A stretch of DNA of 64,000 nt from Parvibaculum sp. GTDB taxonomy: Bacteria; Pseudomonadota; Alphaproteobacteria; Parvibaculales; Parvibaculaceae. Shown here in pieces: positions 51,801-60,797 of the stretch. The stretch's first letter is position 1. The number at the start of each line of letters is the position of its first letter. Under the pieces are notes generated by a model that had not been told where the DNA came from, searched no databases, and saw nothing but the letters and a program-made list of their open reading frames with translations. The stretch is from assembly GCA_019635975.1 (NCBI GenBank), contig JAHBYM010000004.1:2030-66029 (forward strand), given 5' to 3'. Position numbers and translations under genes: made by a program.

Positions 51801-52060
51801 CGCGAAAGCGAGCGCGTGTAGTCGAGGCCGGGCAGGCCGCCCATCGCCGTTTCCAGCGGAAAGGTGATGCGCTGCTCCACCTCGACGGGAGAATAGCCGG
51901 GCGCGGAGGTGTTGATCTGCACCTGGACATTGGTGATGTCCGGCACGGCGTCGATCGGCAGGCGCGTGAAATTATAGGCGCCGAAGCCCGCGACGAAGGC
52001 GACCGTCAGCAGCACCAGCCAGCGGTGCCTGACGCAGAAGGAGACGATTGCAGGTATCAT
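48878..52060 (-). CDS. czcA: CusA/CzcA heavy-metal RND efflux pump
   Basis: LPIDAVPDITNVQVQ, SLGAIDFGLIVD, RLRPVLMTALVASLG, QRPLATVVIGG. Confidence 0.93.
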   Translation of the reverse strand: MIPAIVSFCVRHRWLVLLTVAFVAGFGAYNFTRLPIDAVPDITNVQVQINTSAPGYSPVEVEQRITFPLETAMGGLPGLDYTRSLSRYGLSQVTVVFVDGTDIYRARQLIGERIQAVSGELPPDVETAMGPVSTGLGEIYMYRMEAAPDARNAEGVPYTLSDLRAIHDWMVRPQLRTVPGVVEVNAIGGYERQIHVVPDPYRLTSFNLSFADVAKALEDNNVNQGAGYIERNGEQYLIRLPGQLGDAAEFGEVLLGTHNGRPIYIHDVAEVTFGKELRTGAATHDGEETVLGTAVMLMGENSREVASAVRGKLKQIERNLPDGVTIETLYDRTDLVQKTIATVRNNLVEGAVLVIVVLFMLLRSIRAALITAAVIPLSMLIAVTGMVEYRISANLMSLGAIDFGLIVDGAVIITENCLRRLSEERKHLGRTLGLDERFAVVVDATREVITPAMFGSFIITVVYLPILTLTGVEGKMFTPMAVTVVLALLGAMALAVTFVPAAIAIFVRGDVEEKESLIMRWAQKGYQPALRFALGRQKTIAIAAAALVLVAALGATRFGTEFIPRLDEGDVAVQVLRMPGTSLTQSVEMQKQVERALIELPEVREVFARTGTAEVATDPMPPSISDAYVMIEPRSSWPNPRKRKAELLQEIDEKLAAIPGANYEVSQPIELRFNELISGVRSDVGIKIFGDDMDKLLASANEVAAIVQRIEGATDVQVEQVEGLPVLSIEVKRDVAARFGLSVAEIQTVVQAAIGGARAGTFYEGDWRTPVFVRLPETLRQDMDRLRELPIPLPPAHEAEDRFAPASYSPFGEGMPRVVPLREVAEIALAPGPNQISRENGKRRITVTANIRERDLGSFVDEARAAVAAQVQLPPGYWFEWGGQFEQLVSAAKRLSIVVPAALVLIFALLFASLGTARDALLVFSGVPLALTGGLAALALRGMPLSISAGVGFIALSGVAVLNGLVIISFIKNLRARGLPLDEAIRQGAMTRLRPVLMTALVASLGFVPMALATSAGAEVQRPLATVVIGGILSSTILTLLVLPAIYRLAHARDEEERAA

Positions 52061-52071
52061 GTTTCATCTCC

Positions 52072-53178
52072 TCAATGCGAATGCGCGGCGGCGTTCTTGC
52101 CCGCCTCGGCCTTGAGGAGGAAGGCATTGCCCGCGACATAGGATGCGCCTGCATCGAGCCCTTCGAGGATTTCGATGCGGACGCCGTCGCTCCGGCCGGT
52201 CTTCACCGGCGCCCGCTCGAAGGAGCCTTCCTCGCCCGGCACATAGACGAATGCCGCCGCACCGTCATGGAGGATCGCCTCGCGCTTCACCGTCACCGGC
52301 GCCGCTAAGGGTTCCTGCATCACCGAGGCCGTAACAAAAAGTCCGGGCTGAAGATGGCCCTCCGGGTTCGCGACCGTCGCGCGGGCGAGTACGCTCTGCG
52401 TGTCCTGCGCGGCGATAGGCGACACATAGGAAATCACCGCCTCGACCTCGCCGCCGCCATTCTCCGATGGAAAAACGACACGCTGTCCCTCGCGGATGAG
52501 GCCGGCATCGTGGCGATGAACCTGAAGATCGAGCCAGACGGTCGAAAGATCGGCGACGACCATCAGCGGATCGTCCGTTCCCGCGAACTGGCCGGGCACG
52601 ACATTTCCGAGGATGACGCGCCCGGAAACGGAAGCGATGAGCGGATAGGCGCGCAGGCTCTCGTTGCTTTCAATGGTCGCCAGAATGTCTCCCCGCTCCA
52701 CGCGGTCGCCAAGGCGCTTGTTCACACCGATCACGATCCCCGGAAAGCGCGGCACGACATGGACAAGCCTGTCGAGATCGGGCCTGACGATACCGAAAAG
52801 ATTGAGCGAGGGGCGGAGCATGCCCGGCCCCGCCTCGGCGATTTCCAGCCGTGCGTTGCCGATCTGCGCAGGCGTCAGCGTTACATGACCATCTTCATGC
52901 TCGTCATGCTCGTCGTCATGGCTGTGCCCGTGGCCGCTCTCGTCATGTCCATCCTCTTCGTCGTGGCCGTGACCGTCATGGGCGTCCTCGCCATGAGCGT
53001 CGTGCTCCTCTTCGCTTTCACTCCCATCACGATGGTCGTGATGTTCCTCCACGGCCTTGTCGCCGCCATGGTCATGATCGCGGTCGCCCTGTGCCAGGGC
53101 GGGCGATATGGCGAGGGCGACAGCCAGGCCCGAAGCGAGCAACCGGCGCGCCAGGATTTCCGTCTTGATCGTTTTCAT
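52072..53178 (-). CDS. czcB: RND membrane fusion protein with His/Asp/Glu-rich N-terminus
   Basis: MFP motifs (VADLSTVW, LQPGLFV), His-rich tract; between czcC and czcA. Confidence 0.88.
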   Translation of the reverse strand: MKTIKTEILARRLLASGLAVALAISPALAQGDRDHDHGGDKAVEEHHDHRDGSESEEEHDAHGEDAHDGHGHDEEDGHDESGHGHSHDDEHDEHEDGHVTLTPAQIGNARLEIAEAGPGMLRPSLNLFGIVRPDLDRLVHVVPRFPGIVIGVNKRLGDRVERGDILATIESNESLRAYPLIASVSGRVILGNVVPGQFAGTDDPLMVVADLSTVWLDLQVHRHDAGLIREGQRVVFPSENGGGEVEAVISYVSPIAAQDTQSVLARATVANPEGHLQPGLFVTASVMQEPLAAPVTVKREAILHDGAAAFVYVPGEEGSFERAPVKTGRSDGVRIEILEGLDAGASYVAGNAFLLKAEAGKNAAAHSH

Positions 53179-54464
53179 TGTGCATCTCCTTCGGCCGCTT
53201 CTTCCTTGCCGGAAAGGCCGGTCAGAATTTCGATGGAGGCCAGCGCATTACGGCAGGCGAGAAGGGCCTCCGTTTCCTGCATCCGGCTGTCGGCGCTGGT
53301 CTGCAGCGCATCGAGAAGATCGAGTACGCCAAAACGGCCCGCGAGATAGCCTTCGCGGATTGCGGCGGATGTTTTTGCCGATGTGGGGACGACCGATCTG
53401 CCAAGCCGCTCCGCTTCACGGCAACGGCTGCTGTAGGTCTGATGCGACTGTTGCAATTCGCGGGCGAGTTCCACCCTCGTTCGCCGCGCATCGAGATCGG
53501 CTTGCACGACGCGGCTCGATGCGGCGTCGATATTGCCCTGATTGCGGTCGAAGACGGAGATAGGAATGGAGACGGAGAAGAGGAACGCGCTTTCGTCCGT
53601 TCCTGCGAAATGGCGGGCGCCTGCGCCCAGCGTCACATCCGGATAGGCATTCGACTTTTCCAGGTCGAAGGCCGCGCGGCGCACACTCACGGTCTGTTGT
53701 CCGCCCAGCACCGCCGGATGGCTGTCGAGCATGGCTTCGAGTTCGTCGAGGCCGGGAAGCGGCGTTGCCGGAACGGCGAAAGCGCCCTCGGCGCGTAACG
53801 GACGATAGGCGCTCTCCGACCAGAGGGCGAGCAGTGTTTGCTGTGCCGTGCGCAACTCGGCCTGTTTCGTCCCCGCCCTGATCTCGGCGAGATCGAGTGC
53901 GAGCAATCCGCGATTGAGATCGGCTTCTGAAGAAGCTCCCCGTTCGAAGCGCTGACGCAGCGCCGGCACGAGGCCGCGGACCCGCTCCGCCGCGGCCGAA
54001 GTCGTTTCCGCTTCTTGCTGTGCGGCAAGCAATCCGTTGAAGGCATGCGTTACCGCCTCGCGCAGGCGGCGCTCCACAACATCTCTTTCTGCGGCGGCGA
54101 CCGCTTCCGAAAGGCGGGAGAGACGCTTCCTGTTTTCGCGCTTGCCGCCCGTTTCGATACGCTGCGTGAGGCCGAGCGTGACATCCGCCTCCTCCGTGCC
54201 GCGATAGAGGCCGGAGCCGAGCACATTCTCGACTTCGAGGCCGAGTTCGGGATTGGGCGGAAGCCCCGCTTGCCGCGCTTCTGCGGTTCGTTCACCGATT
54301 GCCTCGAAAGCGATGCGCGCCTGCGTGTTCTGCGACAGCGCGATGGCGATGGCTTCGTCGAGCGTTACCGATGCCGTGTCCGACGCGAACACCGGCATCG
54401 CGAGTCCCGCCGACAGAAAAATGCCGGACAGGGCTCTCCGCCAAGGGCGGAATGAACCTTTCAT
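53175..54464 (-). CDS. czcC: TolC-family outer membrane factor
   Basis: PNPEL, ETGGKR, IPISVFDRNQGNI, Y..GRFGVLDLLDA. Confidence 0.88.
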   Translation of the reverse strand: MKGSFRPWRRALSGIFLSAGLAMPVFASDTASVTLDEAIAIALSQNTQARIAFEAIGERTAEARQAGLPPNPELGLEVENVLGSGLYRGTEEADVTLGLTQRIETGGKRENRKRLSRLSEAVAAAERDVVERRLREAVTHAFNGLLAAQQEAETTSAAAERVRGLVPALRQRFERGASSEADLNRGLLALDLAEIRAGTKQAELRTAQQTLLALWSESAYRPLRAEGAFAVPATPLPGLDELEAMLDSHPAVLGGQQTVSVRRAAFDLEKSNAYPDVTLGAGARHFAGTDESAFLFSVSIPISVFDRNQGNIDAASSRVVQADLDARRTRVELARELQQSHQTYSSRCREAERLGRSVVPTSAKTSAAIREGYLAGRFGVLDLLDALQTSADSRMQETEALLACRNALASIEILTGLSGKEEAAEGDAQ

Positions 54465-54519
54465 GGATCACCTGTAGATAAAAGACATCGGGCGTCCCCG
54501 GACGGGAACGCGTTCAGGC

Positions 54520-54837
54520 TCAGGCGATCGCTATTTCTGGAGGGGGACCTTCGGGATAAAGCAGCCGGCTTGCAGCACTTTCGTCACCGGAAACGGGAAC
54601 ATGGCTCGTCGCGAGCGTCACCAGGAACTCGCTTCGGGGCACAAGCACGACATGCTGGAGAATGTGGCAGACATCGCAGATCGAGCCGGAAGTGGAATCC
54701 GCAGCGCGCTCCGTTCCTGTCGCATGAACGATGGCCTCGTTCGCCTCACCATAGAACGAGTCGGCGGATGCGCCAGCGGACAGGCACCCCCACAAAAGGC
54801 TGACGACAATGAGCTGGGCGAGGAAACGGGACATCAT
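54520..54837 (-). CDS. Small exported putative metal-binding protein (CzcI-like position)
   Basis: Signal peptide, CDVCH, C-terminal PEGPPP; first gene of czc operon. Confidence 0.55.
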   Translation of the reverse strand: MMSRFLAQLIVVSLLWGCLSAGASADSFYGEANEAIVHATGTERAADSTSGSICDVCHILQHVVLVPRSEFLVTLATSHVPVSGDESAASRLLYPEGPPPEIAIA

Positions 54838-54959
54838 GCGATACTGACCAATTCTCGCGAAATTTCAACCCGTTCAGCCGAACGTTGCGAAAAGCCACAT
54901 ATGGAACCCGGGAGCGCGTTATCAACCTGAATGCGTGAAGGACATACCGGTGTGGGAGA

Positions 54960-55370
54960 CTACGAGCCTGCTGTTGATAGCGACTCGATGATTCTGCAGT
55001 CGGCAACTATCCCGCATTCGCACCGATCTATAATCCTGTCGAGTTCACCCTTGAGCGCGATAAGGTCGCTTATCTTTCTCTCGACCTCGTTTCGACGTTC
55101 CCTGGCAACTGCATCGACGGCCGCACAGGACTGGCTGCGGTCGTCGGCGAGCATCAATAGCGTCCTGACCTGGTCGAGCGAGAAGCCGAGGTCGCGGGCA
55201 CGCCTGATGAAGCTCAACCGGTCGAGATGTTCCTGTTCATAGGCACGATAATTGCCGTCGGTGCGCGAAGGTTCCGGCAAGAGACCGTTCTTCTCATAGA
55301 AGCGGATCGTCTCGACTTTGGTGCCCGTCTGCCGCGCCAGATGGCCGATTGTCAGGATTTCCCGGTTCAT
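54960..55370 (-). CDS. MerR-family metal sensor (CadR/PbrR-like)
   Basis: TIGHLA..VETIRFYEK, RARDLGFSL, Cys in SCAAV, CEC and CRIIESL. Confidence 0.92.
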   Translation of the reverse strand: MNREILTIGHLARQTGTKVETIRFYEKNGLLPEPSRTDGNYRAYEQEHLDRLSFIRRARDLGFSLDQVRTLLMLADDRSQSCAAVDAVARERRNEVERKISDLIALKGELDRIIDRCECGIVADCRIIESLSTAGS

Positions 55371-55373
55371 CGC

Positions 55374-55404
55374 TTGACCCTGTAGTTACTACAGGGTCTA
55401 TCTA
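55374..55404 (+). promoter_or_regulatory. MerR-type promoter/operator for zntA
   Basis: TTGACC -35, 19-bp spacer, perfect dyad GACCCTGTAG-TTA-CTACAGGGTC. Confidence 0.9.
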
Positions 55405-55436
55405 GTGCGTCACATCGAGTTTGTCGAGGTGACATC

Positions 55437-57563
55437 ATGGCGGCGACACGCCCCTACAAGCTGTATATCGACGGCATGGATTGCGCCGCCTGCGCATTGA
55501 AAATCGAAAAGGCGATGTACCACCTGCCCGGCGTGAGCGATGTCGATGTCAGCCATGCAAACGGAACGCTTGCGCTGCAACTGGATGAGGATCGTACCGC
55601 ATCGTTCCTCATAGAGGAGAGAGTTCGATCGCTTGGCTACATCCCATTGGCCGGTCATGTGGAGCCGGAAGCGAGAATACCCCGAAAGCGCGCCAGGGAG
55701 CCTTTGTGGAAGGGGCGCAAGAGCCGACTCGTCCTTTTGACCGGCGCCCTCTTCGCACTTGCCTTCGCGATGGCGCAGATCTTTCCCGAACGGGAACAAT
55801 GGCTTTATTCGGGCGCCGCGCTTTTAAGCGTCATTCCCTTTGCGAGGCGCGCTGTTGCCGGAGCAATGTCCGGCTCGCCTTTTACTATCGAGACGCTGAT
55901 GACGATTGCGGTGCTCGGTGCGGTCGTCATCGGAGAGGCCGAGGAAGCTGCCGTCGTCATTTTCCTGTTCGCGGTCGGAGAGCTGCTCGAAACCGTCGCG
56001 GCCGGCCGGGCGCGAGCGGGCATCAAGGCGCTGATCGACCTCGTGCCGCGCGTGGCGTTTTGCGAGCGTAACGGCACGGTCGAAAAAGTCGCGGCGGAAG
56101 ATCTGGTTGTTGGCGATGTCGTCGTAGTGCGGCCCGGCGACCGTGTTCCTTCCGACGGCACGGTGATCGACGGCATATCGGAGGTCGACGAAGCGCCAGT
56201 GACCGGCGAGTCCGTGCAGGCACTCAAGAAAGCAGGTTCGACGGTCTATGCCGGCAGCATCAACGCCAATGGCGAGCTGCGTGTCTCGATCGACCGTGTC
56301 ACGTCCGACAACACGATTACACGCATCATCCACATGGTTGAGAAAGCCCAGGAATCAAAGGCGCCGACCGCGCGCCTGATCGACCGCTTCAGCCGGTGGT
56401 ATACGCCGGGTGCAATGGTTGTGGCGGCTCTGATCGTCATGGTTCCACCACTCGCCTTTGACGGCGACTGGATGACGTGGACCTATCGGGGACTTGCCAC
56501 GCTGCTGATCGCCTGCCCCTGCGCACTCGTCATCTCGACGCCCGCGGCAATCGCCTCGGGCCTTGCCGCCGGAGCGCGGCGGGGATTGTTGATCAAGGGG
56601 GGTGCGGCGCTCGAAACGCTTGGCAAGGTCAGGACCGTTGCTTTCGACAAGACCGGAACGCTGACACGCGGCTGCCCGCAGGTAACGGATGTCGTGCCGG
56701 TCATGGGTAGTGAAGATTCGGTGTTGGCGGTAGCGGCAGCGGTCGAGCGCAACACCAGTCACCCGCTCGGTCGCGCGATCGTCGAGGTGGCGGTGATGCG
56801 CGGGCTGGACATGCCGGCTACCTTCGGCGGCGGCACCGCAACACCTGGCAAGGCAGTGACGGTGCGGCTAGAAACCGGCTTTGCTTCTGTCGGTTCACCC
56901 CGTTATGCTGCGGAGCAGACTGCCATCGCCGCCGAGGTCGCAGAGAAGATCGCGACGCTGGAAAGCGAGGGCAAGACGGTTGTCGTGCTCCTGTCGGAAA
57001 AAGCCGTCGAGGGATTGATTGCACTTCGCGACGAACCGCGTGAAGACGCGATGGAGGGCGTGAAGAGGCTGACGGAGCGTGGCATCCGTGCCTTGATGCT
57101 GACCGGCGACAACCTGCGCACGGCCAACGCCATTGCGGGTCACCTCGGCATGGAGGCGAGTGCCGAGCTTCTGCCGGACGCCAAGCTCGCCGAAATCAGC
57201 CGGCTTAAAGAGGATGGCCCTGTCGTCATGGTGGGAGACGGCATCAATGACGCGCCCGCGCTCGCTGCGGCCTCGGTCGGCGTTGCCATGGGTGTCGGCA
57301 CCGATGTCGCGCTGGAGACGGCGGACGCCGCACTCCTGAAAAATCGGGTAACGGGCGTCGCCGATCTCATCGACCTGTCGCAGGCGACCCTTGGCAACAT
57401 CCGGCAGAACATCGCAATCGCGCTGGGATTGAAGGCCGTCTTCCTCGCAACGACTCTTCTCGGCGTCACAACGTTGTGGATGGCGATCCTCGCGGATACG
57501 GGTGCTACTGTGCTTGTTACAGCCAACGCGCTGCGTCTTCTTGTTCGCGAGCCATCGAAATAG
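55437..57563 (+). CDS. zntA: Zn/Cd/Pb P1B-2 ATPase (ZntA/CadA-like)
   Basis: GMDCAAC, TGES, CPC, DKTGT, GDGIND, LADTG. Confidence 0.9.
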   Translation: MAATRPYKLYIDGMDCAACALKIEKAMYHLPGVSDVDVSHANGTLALQLDEDRTASFLIEERVRSLGYIPLAGHVEPEARIPRKRAREPLWKGRKSRLVLLTGALFALAFAMAQIFPEREQWLYSGAALLSVIPFARRAVAGAMSGSPFTIETLMTIAVLGAVVIGEAEEAAVVIFLFAVGELLETVAAGRARAGIKALIDLVPRVAFCERNGTVEKVAAEDLVVGDVVVVRPGDRVPSDGTVIDGISEVDEAPVTGESVQALKKAGSTVYAGSINANGELRVSIDRVTSDNTITRIIHMVEKAQESKAPTARLIDRFSRWYTPGAMVVAALIVMVPPLAFDGDWMTWTYRGLATLLIACPCALVISTPAAIASGLAAGARRGLLIKGGAALETLGKVRTVAFDKTGTLTRGCPQVTDVVPVMGSEDSVLAVAAAVERNTSHPLGRAIVEVAVMRGLDMPATFGGGTATPGKAVTVRLETGFASVGSPRYAAEQTAIAAEVAEKIATLESEGKTVVVLLSEKAVEGLIALRDEPREDAMEGVKRLTERGIRALMLTGDNLRTANAIAGHLGMEASAELLPDAKLAEISRLKEDGPVVMVGDGINDAPALAAASVGVAMGVGTDVALETADAALLKNRVTGVADLIDLSQATLGNIRQNIAIALGLKAVFLATTLLGVTTLWMAILADTGATVLVTANALRLLVREPSK

Positions 57564-57626
57564 GTGAGTTAGGAGCTGTGGAAGCCCAGGCGTCCTGCAA
57601 GAGACGACGTGCAACAACAGGAAGAC

Positions 57627-58772
57627 ATGAGGATGATACCGGAGGTTGTGCATCCCGATGATGGCCGAACGGCGGAGCTTTGGGCGAAGACGTTCGATGT
57701 GCTGGTCATCGGTGCCGGGCAGGCGGGCCTCGCCGCGGGGTATCGTCTTGCCGGAACGGGATGCTCCTTTCTGATTGTAGATCGCCAAGCCCGTATCGGA
57801 GACAGCTGGCGCGGACGCTACGATTCACTCACCCTGTTTACGCCACGGGCTTTCAGTATGCTCCCGGGGCTCTCTCTCGATGGTGCGCCGGATGGCTATC
57901 CAACACGCGATGAGTTCGCCGACTATCTTGAGACCTATGCAGATTATTTTGATCTGCCCGTCCTTTCCGGCAACGGGGTGAAACAACTCCGGTTACGGGC
58001 CGGGCGCTTCGAGGCAACGCTCGACGATGGACGGAAAATCGCAGCCAGAGCCGTGATTGTCGCTACGGGTGCCTTCCAGAAGTCCCGGATTCCGCCGGTT
58101 GCCGCCGATTTCGACAACACCGTCAAGCAACTGACACCGGACACCTATCGCAATCCCGGTGATGTTCCGCGAGGCGCTGTCCTGGTGGCTGGAGACGGAG
58201 CGTCGGGGCGCGATATTGCCGCCGAGCTATCGGTGACCCACAATGTCGCGCTTGCAACGGGCCGGAGACGCCGGCTGTTTCCCGAACGCATCCTCGGCAA
58301 AAGCACATGGTGGTGGTTGAGGATTCTCGGATTGATGAAAGCGAAACCGGGCTCGCTTGCGGGCCGCCTGATGCGCCGCACCGACCCCTTCCCCGACCGG
58401 GGGCGTAGTCTCGACGATTTACGGGTCCTGGGTGTCGCGGTTGTCCCCCGCCTCGTCGGTGCCGATGGCCGGACCGCATTCTTTGCCGATGGATCGACGC
58501 GGGAGTTGAACTGTGTCATCTGGTGTGCCGGCTATCATGGCGACAACGCATGGCTTGATATCCCCGGCACGAAGGATCCACACGGCCGCTTCCAGCACGA
58601 AGGCGGACGAACCTCCGTCCCCGGTCTTTTTCATCTTGGCTTGCCCTGGCAACGCAACCGTGCCTCTGCGCTCGTGATGGGAATAGAAGAAGACGCGGCG
58701 GAAATCGTCGCATTCGTTCGAGACTATCTGAATGTACCTATGACCCAAACTCAGGTTATTCGACCGGGTTGA
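57627..58772 (+). CDS. Flavin-containing monooxygenase-like oxidoreductase (CzcO-like)
   Basis: IGAGQAGL, WRGRYDSLTLFTP, ATG, YRNP, GDGASG. Confidence 0.8.
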   Translation: MRMIPEVVHPDDGRTAELWAKTFDVLVIGAGQAGLAAGYRLAGTGCSFLIVDRQARIGDSWRGRYDSLTLFTPRAFSMLPGLSLDGAPDGYPTRDEFADYLETYADYFDLPVLSGNGVKQLRLRAGRFEATLDDGRKIAARAVIVATGAFQKSRIPPVAADFDNTVKQLTPDTYRNPGDVPRGAVLVAGDGASGRDIAAELSVTHNVALATGRRRRLFPERILGKSTWWWLRILGLMKAKPGSLAGRLMRRTDPFPDRGRSLDDLRVLGVAVVPRLVGADGRTAFFADGSTRELNCVIWCAGYHGDNAWLDIPGTKDPHGRFQHEGGRTSVPGLFHLGLPWQRNRASALVMGIEEDAAEIVAFVRDYLNVPMTQTQVIRPG

Positions 58773-58878
58773 GGTGACCTGTTTCTATGTCTTGTGGGTC
58801 TTGGGGTGTGGCTTTCCCATAGCAATTGCACGAGCACTCCGAGTCTCTGCGTAAACTTCGGCATCGATACCCGCGCCA

Positions 58879-59487
58879 TCAAATCCCCCTGGCGAGACTG
58901 GCGACGGCCTGAGGATCCCGTCCCTCGATCAGCCACTGCCTCGGCGTCATGGGTTCTTCGGATTCGTCGACGAGATCGGGTTGTTCGCTCTCGAAGAAAC
59001 CGGCGATCTCGATCGGCAGGGCCGTTTCCCGGATTGCCTTCAGAACGATGGCAAGCCCGGGCAACTCGCTTTCCCCGGCAAACTGGAATGACGGAATGAG
59101 CCACGCGTTCGCTCTTTTGACACCGATCAGCGTCCGCTCAGAGAGGTGCTGGCGCAGCCGGCGGCCGGAAATACCTAGAACCCTCGCCGCCTGCGCCGGC
59201 GACAGCGCTGTTGCGAGGAGAGTGCCCTCGAGAATGGCCGTCCGCACGATCGGACGATAGAACGTCCCGGAGCGATCGACCGATACACCGACGGATTCGA
59301 GAGCTTTCCGTTCGGCATCGGTCAGAGGCTTGTTTTGCTCGCGCCCCGGATCGTATCGCTCCGCTATCGCCTCTGCGGCATCGGCAAAAGACTCCATCAG
59401 AACCCTCCGGATATCCGCGGGAAGCCTGTCCAGCTGCTCAGCCAGTCTGGCAGCGGCCTTTTGTTCGGTGCTGGATGCCTTTGACAT
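58879..59487 (-). CDS. HTH antitoxin-like protein
   Basis: LSPAQAARVLGISGRRLRQ, IPSFQF, LPGL, TPRQWL..G motifs seen in antitoxins that accompany RES toxins. Confidence 0.6.
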   Translation of the reverse strand: MSKASSTEQKAAARLAEQLDRLPADIRRVLMESFADAAEAIAERYDPGREQNKPLTDAERKALESVGVSVDRSGTFYRPIVRTAILEGTLLATALSPAQAARVLGISGRRLRQHLSERTLIGVKRANAWLIPSFQFAGESELPGLAIVLKAIRETALPIEIAGFFESEQPDLVDESEEPMTPRQWLIEGRDPQAVASLARGI

Positions 59488-59625
59488 GGAAGCGCTCCTG
59501 CGGCGCTGGGGAATGACATTGCCGGGTTCTTCATGGCCTGCCATTCGGGTGACGGGATAGCGGCGGCTTCTGCGCGCTTGCCGTGCCGATTGCTGTTTTA
59601 CCGGCGTTCTCCGCCTGCTCTGCGC

Positions 59626-59672
59626 TTTAATCTGCGGTTCCGGACATATTTTGTCCGGAACCGCAGATTAAA
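59626..59672. repeat. Perfect 21-bp-arm palindrome, right partner of 44981-45025
   Basis: TTTAATCTGCGGTTCCGGACA-TATTT-TGTCCGGAACCGCAGATTAAA. Confidence 0.85.
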
Positions 59673-59684
59673 TCCCGCCCGGCA

Positions 59685-60032
59685 TCAGGCCTGTATCCAT
59701 TTCGCCATTGCCGGAGATGGCGATCCGAGCCTGTAGAAGCGGGAGAGAGTTCGGGCCCATCCGAGGTCGGGGGCGAACACACAGAGGTCCGACGTCATGG
59801 CTGTCGTCGCTCCGAGAAGGGGATGACCCGTGACCTTTCCCTGCAGCGCGACCACGCCACGCTGGACGAATGAATAATCGTCGATGAAGGGAGCGTCCTC
59901 GAGGTCTTCGAATGACGGCAGGACGCCGGCTCTCAGCCATTCGAGATCGACGCAGAGCTCTTTCAGCCGCGCCAGTTCCTCATTCAGGTGGTTCGTTCGC
60001 AGAACACCTTCCCGTCCTACATAGATGACCAT
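59685..60032 (-). CDS. DUF6634 family protein
   Basis: L.DAPFIDDY, G.VTGHPLLG, TS.L, WARTLSRFYRLG; AGGAGG RBS. Confidence 0.7.
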   Translation of the reverse strand: MVIYVGREGVLRTNHLNEELARLKELCVDLEWLRAGVLPSFEDLEDAPFIDDYSFVQRGVVALQGKVTGHPLLGATTAMTSDLCVFAPDLGWARTLSRFYRLGSPSPAMAKWIQA

Positions 60033-60076
60033 GTCCGTCCTCCTTGTTGATCGGAGGCAGGCTAAGGGCACCATTA

Positions 60077-60091
60077 GAACATAACAAGAAC
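60077..60091 (-). promoter_or_regulatory. Alphaproteobacterial LexA box
   Basis: GTTC-TTGTTAT-GTTC (GTTC-N7-GTTC) ~45 bp upstream of the DUF6634 start. Confidence 0.7.
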
Positions 60092-60380
60092 AAAAACATG
60101 TGCGATATCCCGAGTCAAGAAGCTTCTTCGATGGAAACTCTAAGGATCGCGCCGCTTCCCCAGATGGCGAGGCAGGGAATTTCTTGTCGAGCGCGAGGCT
60201 CGGGAGCATCTCTCCGGCAACCAACCCGTCACGGAAACCCGGCCCGCACTGCAACGAAGTGCGGGCCAAGGAGAGAAGTCTCCCCCAGCGTGAGCATGAA
60301 CGAGTGGGCGTCCCGTCTTTCTGGGGAAACCTTGATGGTCTAAGCGATGATGACGGATTCTCCATCCGATCCGGCGCTGC

Positions 60381-60797
60381 TCAATCTTTGGGCAAGGCGT
60401 AGCGCAGCACCCGAAGCTCAATCCCGTCCTCCAGAAAGATTTCGAGAACCTGGTTGATGAGATCATCGTCGGCACTGAGTTCGACCAGCGCCTGCTCGAA
60501 CAGCTCGATGTGCATGTCGAGATTCATGCTGGGTGGGCCGTTAAGACAGATCAACCCGGCGTGGATGGCGACGTCGGCATACTGGCCCTTGGTGCCTGGC
60601 TTATCTTTCGGACCCCGGAAATCCACCGAATTCCTGGTGACGAACGTCCAGTCTCCGCCGAGAATGATCGGCTTCAGCTCCCAGTCTTTCAGGCCGGCGA
60701 GCTTCATCCAGACAACGTGGCTGGTCTCGTCATATCCTTTTTTCAATGCCAGCTTCGCCAGTTCGGGACTTAGGCACTCGTCGATCAGAAACTTCAT
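60381..60797 (-). CDS. DUF5615 PIN-like toxin
   Basis: MKFLIDECLS, D, FVTRNSVDF, HAGLI. Confidence 0.82.
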   Translation of the reverse strand: MKFLIDECLSPELAKLALKKGYDETSHVVWMKLAGLKDWELKPIILGGDWTFVTRNSVDFRGPKDKPGTKGQYADVAIHAGLICLNGPPSMNLDMHIELFEQALVELSADDDLINQVLEIFLEDGIELRVLRYALPKD

